Assembly: GCA_023256495.1 (NCBI GenBank)
Contig: JAGDXY010000015.1
Span: 4,892 to 36,891, forward strand
Source: Candidatus Micrarchaeota archaeon
Lineage (GTDB): Archaea > Micrarchaeota > Micrarchaeia > Micrarchaeales > CABMGC01
Direction of reading: 5' to 3'
DNA length: 32,000 nt
How positions within the stretch are numbered: position 1 is the stretch's first letter; each line of letters opens with the position of its first letter. Positions 20,336 to 28,120 of the stretch are shown piece by piece. The position numbers and the translations under genes are program-made. Below the pieces are notes generated by a model, which saw only the letters and a program-made list of their open reading frames with translations, ran no database searches and was not told where the DNA came from.

Positions 20336-20977
20336 TTATATACCATGGAACCAGAAGCCTTTTCCATTAGAGCCTTTTTTCAATTTTATTTTTTCTTTTA
20401 TTGTACCAAATATGTCTGGATGTTGGCTCTCATAATATTTTTGCCATTCTTTAAAGCTCTCTAATTTGCTTTTGTTGTTTTTATCAACCTTAGACCAAAA
20501 AGCATCTTTATATTTCTTCCATTCCTCTTTTGTATAACCATATGGCACACTTTCTCTAATCTGTTGTGGTTCAAATTGCTTTTTATATATCTCTTCTACA
20601 TAATCTAAATCCCTTTCTTCTATCTTGTCTTTCTCCACCTTGACTCCGTTTTCATTTAGAATCTTTATTATTTCATCTCTACTTATCTTTGGTTTTCTAT
20701 TTACAGCGTCTGTTGGATTATATACTATTGTTATTTTTCCTTTTATGAATTCAACTCTAGCTCTGAGTATTGCATCATTTAACAAGAGCCTATATTGTAA
20801 TCTGGTAGAATGTGGCATATCTATTAAGTCCTTTTTATCAACGTTTATAGTAATTTCTTTTACTTTTCTATATGGTACTCTATATTGATTTCCATCTATC
20901 TCTATTATTTCATTAAAGTCTTCATTATTATTTAGATCATTTAGAAAACCATTAGTATTTATATCTTCTTTGTTCAT
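20336..20977 (-). CDS. Hypothetical soluble protein with a cysteine-less HMA-like ferredoxin-fold core
   Basis: By-eye alignment of TINV..DMPHSTRLQYRLLLNDAILRARVEFIKGKITIVYNP..ISRDEIIKILNENGVKV to the beta-alpha-beta-beta-alpha-beta HMA/CopZ pattern, without the GMxCxxC cysteines. ATGA overlap with the upstream radical SAM gene. Confidence 0.4.
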   Translation of the reverse strand: MNKEDINTNGFLNDLNNNEDFNEIIEIDGNQYRVPYRKVKEITINVDKKDLIDMPHSTRLQYRLLLNDAILRARVEFIKGKITIVYNPTDAVNRKPKISRDEIIKILNENGVKVEKDKIEERDLDYVEEIYKKQFEPQQIRESVPYGYTKEEWKKYKDAFWSKVDKNNKSKLESFKEWQKYYESQHPDIFGTIKEKIKLKKGSNGKGFWFHGI

Positions 20978-22683
20978 TTTTCTACCTCTTTTTCAATTAT
21001 AGTCTGTGGCATTTGTACCTTATTCATCACTCCTAAATAATCCTTCATCTCAAGGTATGTCTTCTTATATAGCTCATTTGATTCTAAGCTTTTTACATCT
21101 CTATGATATTTATCGCTTGCATAAGTCCAACCTGGATGTTTTGCTTCCCACTCTTTTGATGGTATACTATATGCTCTTTGTATCTTATCTCTATATACTT
21201 CTGGGAATACATTGAATGTACAGAAAGGCAATACCTTACCATCTGGCATTGCATAATGTATATCACATTTTTCTACTCTATGTATATCATATGTATATTC
21301 ATCTTGGAAGTGCATCATGCCAAGGAATAATGTCTTCATTTGCAGTGCTGCCATGCTTGCAAAATCTCTTTTTATAAATATAGAAAGAAGCAATTTTGTG
21401 AAGTTTACTGATTTTGGTTGCTTATTCTTATCTATAAACTTCTTTATTCCCATTAAGGTTCTTAATGCTATAATCTTTCTTTCTATCTTGTTTTTGCCCT
21501 CCATTTCGTTTACTGCTTTTTGTAAACTATCTAATAAGCCTTCAACATCTACAAATCTTGTAATTGGGATTACCTTGCCATCACTATCTAGGAATATATA
21601 AGTACCTGCTCCGCAAGCAAAATGTATAGATAAATCATATTTGAATTCGCCACTTAATGCCTCTATAAATTTATTAATACCACCAGCATAAGGTACAGAA
21701 AACCAATCTTCTTTTGCTATTACTCCATGTGTTTGTTCTTCTATTAGCTTTATTGCACCAGGTATTGTTATCCTCTGTTTTTCTCTTAATCTATCTGGCA
21801 TTCTACCAACGAGAGATACTGGCTGAAAGTTGACAGCTCTTACTATATCAATATTATTTAATGCAAAGTTAATTATTTGACCTAATTCTTGATCATTAAT
21901 ACCCCTTATTACTGTAGGCACTAATACTATACCAAGATTTGCCTTTCTTGCTTCATTTAATATTATTGGTATTTCCCAATGGTTTTTTGGATTTGCTCTT
22001 TTGCTTACACCATCAAAACTCATATACAAGGTGCTTGTTCCAGCATGTCTTAATCTAATTGCAAGCCCTGGTTTTTGTGATAATACTATTCCTGTTGTAT
22101 TTAATTGAATTTGATCAAAACCTGCTTCCTTAGCTGCATATATAATATCTTCTATATCTGGCCTTAATAATGGTTCACCGCCAGTTATCTGTATAGCATT
22201 AGGTGGTATTGGCTTTTGACTTCTAAGATTTTTAAATATGTGCTTAAGCTCAGTTAGAGTTGGCTCATAAACAGGTTCTCCTTCTTTTGCATAGAAGAAG
22301 CAATACCAACATGATAAATGACATCTATTTGTTACTACAACATTTGCTAATCCTGTATGTGATTTATGTCTATCACATAGACCACAATCAAAAGGACAGT
22401 TTTCACCAGTTACAGCATAGTTTGGGTTGTCTATTCCCCTACCGAAATAGTTCAAACTCCTCATCTTCATATACATATCATAATCTTCCCAGTATTTTTC
22501 TATAAACCAACCATGTTCTGGGCAATGTTTTCTTATCATTACATTTTCGCCATCTTTGTATATAATTCCTTCTATTACTAGTTTACATTCTGGGCAAACA
22601 GTCATAGTTCTATCTAAAATAGGCATTTTTTCTATTTCTTCAATATTTCTATGATAAGGTGCAGTTATATCTTCTTTTTCCAT
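20974..22683 (-). CDS. Radical SAM enzyme, tetraether lipid synthase (Tes/GDGT-MAS)-like
   Basis: N-terminal CPEC...HCPEHG ribbon, auxiliary CPFDCGLC motif, radical SAM CHLSCWYC motif and GGEPLL. The 569-aa length and domain order match my recollection of archaeal Tes/MJ0619-type enzymes. Radical SAM membership is firm; the Tes assignment is tentative. Confidence 0.6.
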   Translation of the reverse strand: MEKEDITAPYHRNIEEIEKMPILDRTMTVCPECKLVIEGIIYKDGENVMIRKHCPEHGWFIEKYWEDYDMYMKMRSLNYFGRGIDNPNYAVTGENCPFDCGLCDRHKSHTGLANVVVTNRCHLSCWYCFFYAKEGEPVYEPTLTELKHIFKNLRSQKPIPPNAIQITGGEPLLRPDIEDIIYAAKEAGFDQIQLNTTGIVLSQKPGLAIRLRHAGTSTLYMSFDGVSKRANPKNHWEIPIILNEARKANLGIVLVPTVIRGINDQELGQIINFALNNIDIVRAVNFQPVSLVGRMPDRLREKQRITIPGAIKLIEEQTHGVIAKEDWFSVPYAGGINKFIEALSGEFKYDLSIHFACGAGTYIFLDSDGKVIPITRFVDVEGLLDSLQKAVNEMEGKNKIERKIIALRTLMGIKKFIDKNKQPKSVNFTKLLLSIFIKRDFASMAALQMKTLFLGMMHFQDEYTYDIHRVEKCDIHYAMPDGKVLPFCTFNVFPEVYRDKIQRAYSIPSKEWEAKHPGWTYASDKYHRDVKSLESNELYKKTYLEMKDYLGVMNKVQMPQTIIEKEVEK

Positions 22684-22762
22684 AAATTCACCTTAAAACA
22701 ATATCTTTTATTTTTAATTAAGATTTTAAAGCTTTATTAATATTATTTGACCTTTTTGTAAC

Positions 22763-23485
22763 TCATTTTTTAATTCTTTCTTCAAGATCCTTCTTTAATT
22801 TATCCCCTATAAATCTTTTTGTATAGAAATCAGCACGTAATGCTATACTTATCTTATTTGCAAACATTCTTGCTAATCTACCTCTCTCTTTTTTACTAGC
22901 TGTAGAGATTTCTTTTTCTTTGAATAAAACACCATGTTTTGGTGATTTTGTTTTGAATTTTATATGTTTAAATAAGGCTTTCTCAGCACCAAGTAATTGT
23001 ATTGTGCTAGCAGGTAGATTCGCTAGTTTTTCAAATGAGCCTGCTCTCTCTAGTAGCGAAGCAGCAACTATTGGGTCAATTATATAAGAAGTATTTGGCA
23101 TTAACTTCTTTACATTCTCTATAATCTTATTCTCTAATTGTTCTCTTAATTCATTTAATCTTAATATCTCATTTCCTACTTCTATAATATTTTCCTTTTC
23201 TTCATTGCTAGGTTTTAATATAAAGTCGCTATCACTATTAAGCTCTTCTATTACTCTCTTAACAAAAGCTATCTGATTTTTTGATTCAACTTTTTTATAT
23301 ATGCTTATCCAATCTGCTAATCTCTCATATAATTGATTTATTACCTTTTCTAATGTATTATATGTTCTTAATTCTTCTATAATTTCATAATCCCCTATTG
23401 AAAATCTATCCCTTATCTTATCTATTACTTTTTTTATAGCTTCTTCTCTTAACTTATTGTTTTCATCCATAATTAGATTTAGCAT
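22763..23485 (-). CDS. Nop-domain protein (Nop5/Nop56/58-like) lacking the N-terminal fibrillarin-binding domain
   Basis: Strong Nop-domain match: AASLLERAGSFEKLANLPASTIQLLGAEKALFKHI...PKHGVLF...RGRLARMFANKISIALRAD. Only 240 aa. Confidence 0.75.
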   Translation of the reverse strand: MLNLIMDENNKLREEAIKKVIDKIRDRFSIGDYEIIEELRTYNTLEKVINQLYERLADWISIYKKVESKNQIAFVKRVIEELNSDSDFILKPSNEEKENIIEVGNEILRLNELREQLENKIIENVKKLMPNTSYIIDPIVAASLLERAGSFEKLANLPASTIQLLGAEKALFKHIKFKTKSPKHGVLFKEKEISTASKKERGRLARMFANKISIALRADFYTKRFIGDKLKKDLEERIKK

Positions 23486-23486
23486 C

Positions 23487-23921
23487 TTAGCTTAATAAAC
23501 CTTTCAATTCCTTTTCCTTTTTATCTAAAAATTTGTTTAGTTCCTTATCTACCTTACTTATAAATGGATCTTCTCTTTTTAAATGCTTTATTTCATATAC
23601 GAAATTCTTTAGTAAAGATAGTAATTCACTATGCAGCTCTTTTATCTTTTTATCTTTTACTTTGTATCTTCCTTTTATCTGATTTACTAATAATTCACTA
23701 TCTGAGTAGATAAGTAGATAATGACCTATGCCATAGTTCTTTATTACGTATTTTATTGCCTCTATTAATGCTCTATATTCTGCAAAATTATTTGTATTTT
23801 TGCCATTATAGAATATGCCTTTGCCTATTTGCGTATAGTTCTCATCATATATGTTAAAGCCAGATGCACTTATTCCAGGATTGCCTCTAGAGGCGCCATC
23901 TGTATATATTATAAGCTTCAT
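23487..23921 (-). CDS. rnhA: Ribonuclease HI (archaeal type 1 RNase H)
   Basis: IYTDGASRGNPG (Asp), NNFAEYRALI (Glu) and IYSDSELLVNQI (Asp) catalytic motifs in a 144-aa protein. Confidence 0.8.
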   Translation of the reverse strand: MKLIIYTDGASRGNPGISASGFNIYDENYTQIGKGIFYNGKNTNNFAEYRALIEAIKYVIKNYGIGHYLLIYSDSELLVNQIKGRYKVKDKKIKELHSELLSLLKNFVYEIKHLKREDPFISKVDKELNKFLDKKEKELKGLLS

Positions 23922-23959
23922 AGTTAACCATTAATAAATTACTTTGTAAATTTTAAATA

Positions 23960-24667
23960 ATGCAGCCATACTTTAGTATTATTATACCTACATACAACGA
24001 AGAGAAATATATAGGAAGAGCTTTAAAAAGCATTAAAGAGCAGAGTTTTAAGAATTATGAAGTAATAATTGTGGATTCATATAGTAATGATAATACAGTA
24101 GATATAGCGAAATCTTTTGGATGTAAAGTGATAATTGATAAAAAGAAAGGAGTTGGATTAGCAAGACATATAGGTGCTTTACATGCAAAAGGTAAATTTC
24201 TATATTTTACAGATGCAGATGTAAAACTAGGAAAAAATTTGCTTTTAAATTATTATAATGCACTTAAAGATAATAATTATATTGCTGCTACGGGACCATT
24301 AGTGCCGTTAGAGAAGTCAAATATACTTATGAAGTTTGGATTTAAGATTGTATCTAATTATTTTATAAGATTGTCTCTGTTTTTAAACAAACCATCACTT
24401 ATAGGCTCTAACTTTGTAGTAAGGAGAGATATATATTTTAAAGCAGGTGGCTTTAATACAAAATATAAAACTTATGAAGATTTTGACTTAGCAATTAGAA
24501 TAGGCAGGCTTGGTAAGGTGCTATATTTAAAGAGTGCAGTTGTTGCTACTAGTACTAGAAGAGTAAAGGAATGGGGTATAGCAAAGTTTGCTTACTTTCA
24601 TATAAGCAACATGATTAGATACAGCATAACAAAGAAGCCACATGAAAGCTATGAACCAATCAGATAG
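23960..24667 (+). CDS. Glycosyltransferase family 2
   Basis: FSIIIPTYNEEKYI...VIIVDSYSNDNT, followed by the FTDADV (DxD-like) motif. Confidence 0.85.
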   Translation: MQPYFSIIIPTYNEEKYIGRALKSIKEQSFKNYEVIIVDSYSNDNTVDIAKSFGCKVIIDKKKGVGLARHIGALHAKGKFLYFTDADVKLGKNLLLNYYNALKDNNYIAATGPLVPLEKSNILMKFGFKIVSNYFIRLSLFLNKPSLIGSNFVVRRDIYFKAGGFNTKYKTYEDFDLAIRIGRLGKVLYLKSAVVATSTRRVKEWGIAKFAYFHISNMIRYSITKKPHESYEPIR

Positions 24668-25604
24668 AGCTTATTTTATTATAATTATATAATTCTTCAA
24701 TAGGCTCGGCTCTAATACCTATACTATTTAATTCTTCTGCAAAGATACTTGCATTATTACCATAAGTATATATCTTCTTTGGATTTACTGCATTTATGTA
24801 TTCTATTGCTTGCTTAAAATCTGCATGATCACTTAAATCAAACTGCATTGTCGTATTAAACTTAAAAAGTTTAGCAAATCCAGTAGCTACTGCTGTATAT
24901 ACTTTTTTGCCATATGCAAAACTTATTTTGTTTGCCATATCATATAATTTGTTTATACTAACTATACCTACAAAATTATCTCTTACTATCTCACCTATCT
25001 CACTACTATCTTTAAAATAAGAAGCATAATCTAAAGAAACATTGTTTTTAATATAGACTTGATTTATTTCATGAATCTTTTTATCAACTATGGGCTTTAT
25101 ACCAATCTCATTTACTATCTTTATTATTTCTTGCGCCTTTCCTAAACTATAAGTACCAAACAAAACTATACCTTTTTTTGTATATTCCTTTACAAATCTT
25201 TGTATTTTGTCTATAATAATATTCTTTTCATCAAAGATAATATCTCTATATGGATAAGTAGAATCAATGAGCAAGATATCTGCATTTTTTATTTCAATTT
25301 CTTTGCATGTAATATTCTTTTCCATTTGGTAATCACCGCTATATAATAAATCAAAGCCATCTAGTTTAATAAGTAGCTGCTTTGAACCTAGTATATGGCC
25401 TGCATCCAACATCTCTATATTATATTTATTTTCTTCTTCTACTACATTCTTTTTAAATCTTGTATTTATCAATTCTACAGTCTCTTTGCTTGCAATAATT
25501 TTTGCGTATTTCTTAATACCTTTTATATGGTCTGTGTGTGCATGTGAAACAAAATTTTTATAACCTGAGATATACTCATCTAAGCTTAACTTGTTAATGA
25601 GCAA
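24660..25604 (-). CDS. Metallo-beta-lactamase-fold hydrolase, short beta-CASP/RNA-processing exonuclease-like
   Basis: SHAHTDH (HxHxDH) is at residues 20-26, with a later DAGHILGS and a C-terminal DLSDHAD. The only available start is a TTG at 25602-25604. Confidence 0.65.
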   Translation of the reverse strand: MLINKLSLDEYISGYKNFVSHAHTDHIKGIKKYAKIIASKETVELINTRFKKNVVEEENKYNIEMLDAGHILGSKQLLIKLDGFDLLYSGDYQMEKNITCKEIEIKNADILLIDSTYPYRDIIFDEKNIIIDKIQRFVKEYTKKGIVLFGTYSLGKAQEIIKIVNEIGIKPIVDKKIHEINQVYIKNNVSLDYASYFKDSSEIGEIVRDNFVGIVSINKLYDMANKISFAYGKKVYTAVATGFAKLFKFNTTMQFDLSDHADFKQAIEYINAVNPKKIYTYGNNASIFAEELNSIGIRAEPIEELYNYNKISSI

Positions 25605-25619
25605 ACTAGTCGCCTTTTT

Positions 25620-25658
25620 AAATAAATGAAAATAAAATATATAAAAATAAATGAAAAT
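25620..25658. repeat. Two exact copies of the 14-mer AAATAAATGAAAAT, 25 nt apart
   Basis: Copies at 25620-25633 and 25645-25658, read directly. They lie in the longest intergenic region, between divergent genes. Confidence 0.6.
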
Positions 25659-25768
25659 TCTTTATATAAATGTATAGAATCGATAATAGATATCTTATTT
25701 AACCAAATTAATAGAAGTAAGTTTATTCATAGGTATTTATAAATATTAAAAAATAAATACTATCTTGT

Positions 25769-26137
25769 ATGCCTGCTTCATCGACTGAAAAAATTAATAC
25801 AAATGAAATGCGAAAGGAGTTAATTAGCTTAAAGAGAGAGGAAGAATTTAATAAAAATAAAGACAATGGAGTAACTCAAATTGATAAAATAATTTCTTCA
25901 ACTATTGAAAAAGATAGCAAAAGATACAATAGCAATAGTTCACAAAATAATATTACAAATGCAAATTTTAGAGATGTTGTTTTTAGATATGCTGTTAAAA
26001 TTGCAAGTGCTTTTGTTTCTTTTGCTGTATTTGCTTTAGAGCCACATTTCTTACCTGCATTTTTAGCTTTTTCAACTATAGTTGCTGTATTAGCAGGCCA
26101 ACACCTCTTGGAAAAAAAGAAGAATAATAAAAACTAA
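25769..26137 (+). CDS. Hypothetical protein with a polar N-terminal half and a hydrophobic C-terminal segment
   Basis: A 122-aa ORF. The C-terminal AVKIASAFVSFAVFALEPHFLPAFLAFSTIVAVLAG is followed by a basic tail. Confidence 0.4.
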   Translation: MPASSTEKINTNEMRKELISLKREEEFNKNKDNGVTQIDKIISSTIEKDSKRYNSNSSQNNITNANFRDVVFRYAVKIASAFVSFAVFALEPHFLPAFLAFSTIVAVLAGQHLLEKKKNNKN

Positions 26138-26140
26138 TCC

Positions 26141-26147
26141 TTTTTTT
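26141..26147 (+). terminator. Oligo-T (T7) candidate archaeal terminator
   Basis: TTTTTTT lies 3 nt after the TAA at 26135-26137. A second T6 run follows at 26151-26156. Confidence 0.35.
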
Positions 26148-27209
26148 CTATTTTTTAAATATTTTATAAGCTATTATAATAATGATAAATACAATTCCTA
26201 CTATTATATATAATAGATATTCTCTGCTATTAATATTATTTATAGAAATAGATTGATTATTTTGTGATATAACTACTGTTGTAGTAGGAACGCTACTTTT
26301 TATTAAGCCTTCTTGAGTTAATAAAAGAAGCATTGAGCCATTTATATATGTTTCTATACTTGAATTGTTTTTAGTTAGATATATATTCATCTCATTGCCA
26401 ATATTTCCTGTATATAACCCATTTTTGTATAAGTTTCCGATCCACTTGTATAAGGCAATTCCCTTTTTATTTATGATCAATGGTATGTTTACAATATTAT
26501 TATTTGAATTCTCAAAAAAGTAATTTTTTGTTATATTTCCATTTATTGCAATTCCTATGAAGAAAAGTGCATTATTACTTATATTTGTATTAGATTTCAA
26601 TATTTCAATGCTCAAATTATATTGCTTTAATGTTCTATTGTTGAATATCAAAAAACCATTTTCATAGCTGCTTGAAACATTTCTAACATATGTATTATTT
26701 GGTATTATAAGCTCTATATTTATATTATCGAAACTTATATTTAGAGAGCCACCTTCTGTTCCATTTATAAATTTATTAGTTTCTTTTAATAAATAGAGAT
26801 ATTTTGAGCTGTTTATTGTAGTTTTTGATTTACTTATTGTTACATTAATTGTTGCTATATTTGATGATGGATCATTACCATTAGCCTCTAATTCTATTTT
26901 GTAATTACCTGTTGTTGTAGAATTGTTTGTTTCTATTAATATAGTACCATTGAATGGTGGTATTCCAGAAATTGGATTAATAAATATGTTTATACCATTC
27001 TCATTTAATTTAGTTGTATTTAATGCCTTTATATAAGTAGTCCACGGTTTTCCGCTGCTTAATGAAACAAAATAACCTATTGTTGCACTTGAACCTTGAT
27101 TTATTGTTATATTTGATTTGCTTATGCTTATTACGCTAATACCTGTTTGGGCGTAGTTTATAAAAGCGAATAAAAGAAACATAAGATAAAAAAGCTTAAT
27201 TCTTTTCAT
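26148..27209 (-). CDS. Secreted, heavily sequon-decorated surface protein with a C-terminal TM anchor
   Basis: Signal-like N-terminus MKRIKLFYLMFLLFAFINYAQT, at least 15 N-x-S/T sequons counted by eye, and the C-terminal anchor IIVGIVFIIIIIAYKIFKK. Confidence 0.55.
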   Translation of the reverse strand: MKRIKLFYLMFLLFAFINYAQTGISVISISKSNITINQGSSATIGYFVSLSSGKPWTTYIKALNTTKLNENGINIFINPISGIPPFNGTILIETNNSTTTGNYKIELEANGNDPSSNIATINVTISKSKTTINSSKYLYLLKETNKFINGTEGGSLNISFDNINIELIIPNNTYVRNVSSSYENGFLIFNNRTLKQYNLSIEILKSNTNISNNALFFIGIAINGNITKNYFFENSNNNIVNIPLIINKKGIALYKWIGNLYKNGLYTGNIGNEMNIYLTKNNSSIETYINGSMLLLLTQEGLIKSSVPTTTVVISQNNQSISINNINSREYLLYIIVGIVFIIIIIAYKIFKK

Positions 27210-27293
27210 AAAAACTCTTAATAATGTAATATATAAAAATATTTTTATATTACTTCAGAAATTTAATTTATATTATTAGATTTAGGTGTTATC

Positions 27294-28049
27294 TTGTTTA
27301 GTTACAATTTATACTATGAAAAACCTATAAGTAGCTTAGATAGAATAGAAAAGATATTTAGCAAATATGGCTTAGTTAAAGGTAACAAGCCAGATGTAAT
27401 TTTTGCTATAGGTGGTGATGGCACCTTTTTAAGGGCAGCAGCAAACTTTAGAAGTAAATTAATAATGCCAATAAAAACAGAAGAAAGCATAGCGAAATTA
27501 ATAAGATATGGCATTAATGATTTGCCAAAAGTATTAGATAAAATAGTAAAAGGTAAGTATAAAATTGTAAATGAGCCATTAATAAAATGTATAGTAAACA
27601 AAAATAGTTTTTATTCAGTAGGTGATTTCTATTTTCAAAGAGGAAGAGAGAATTTTGCTTTAAGATATAAAATAAAAATAAAAAATAAGAAAAATGTTAT
27701 AGATATAAAAGGAATTGGAGATGGATTTATAGTTGCAACTCCGATGGGATCAACAGGTTACTTTAGCTATGTAGAGAGGCTTTTAAAGAAGAGAGTAAAA
27801 AGAATAAATAGTTTTGTTTTTGAGCACATATTGCCTTATCATATAGAAGAACGCATAAACGGAAATAAGAGAGATGCTAGATTAAGAATAAGATTGGATA
27901 AAGGTTTCGTACTAGAAGCATATCCAGAAAGGAATCTAGACCAATGTATATACTCTTCATCTTTTGTTGGAAGATGTATAAGGATAAGTCAAGGTGAGAA
28001 ATTTATAATAACGGATGCAAAAGAGAAAGTCAGCATTATAGATATTTAA
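27294..28049 (+). CDS. nadK: NAD kinase
   Basis: GGDGTFLRAA and DGFIVATPMGSTGY motifs. TTG start. Confidence 0.8.
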   Translation: MFSYNLYYEKPISSLDRIEKIFSKYGLVKGNKPDVIFAIGGDGTFLRAAANFRSKLIMPIKTEESIAKLIRYGINDLPKVLDKIVKGKYKIVNEPLIKCIVNKNSFYSVGDFYFQRGRENFALRYKIKIKNKKNVIDIKGIGDGFIVATPMGSTGYFSYVERLLKKRVKRINSFVFEHILPYHIEERINGNKRDARLRIRLDKGFVLEAYPERNLDQCIYSSSFVGRCIRISQGEKFIITDAKEKVSIIDI

Positions 28050-28120
28050 TGGGGGCACAGGGAGTCGAACCCTGGTCTCCACCTTGTAAGGGTGACGTCC
28101 TACCGTTAGACTATGCCCCC
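28050..28120 (-). tRNA. tRNA-Val (anticodon UAC), no encoded CCA
   Basis: Cloverleaf folded by hand. The 7-bp acceptor stem GGGGGCA/UGCCCCC is perfect. D arm GUCU/GGAC. Anticodon stem UCACC/GGUGG with loop CUUACAA. The T arm CAGGG-UUCGACU-CCCUG is perfect. Discriminator A. Confidence 0.92.

Noticed and set aside
23972-23986. TTTAGTATTATTATA, which resembles the DtxR-operator-like motif.
   Set aside because: It lies inside the GT2 coding region, where it encodes the conserved FSIII(P) N-terminus. It lacks the TACTAAA half-site.
24660-25604. The MBL-fold gene as a possible 5'-truncated pseudogene.
   Set aside because: The 314-codon frame is uninterrupted and keeps the HxHxDH motif and downstream metal-ligand motifs. 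Short N-termini exist in this subfamily. The question is kept open in a finding, but the gene is not called a pseudogene.
25626-25742. A 38-aa ORF (MKIKYIKINENSLYKCIESIIDILFNQINRSKFIHRYL) in the longest intergenic region.
   Set aside because: It is AT-rich, with no SD or promoter spacing argument and no recognisable motif. An open frame of this length is plausible by chance, and its ATG is part of the 14-mer repeat.
27226-27253. Imperfect 28-nt palindrome GTAATATATAAAAATATTTTTATATTAC between the surface-protein gene and nadK.
   Set aside because: The arms are out of register by 2 nt and are composed almost entirely of A/T. It is most simply overlapping bidirectional TATA-like promoter sequence.
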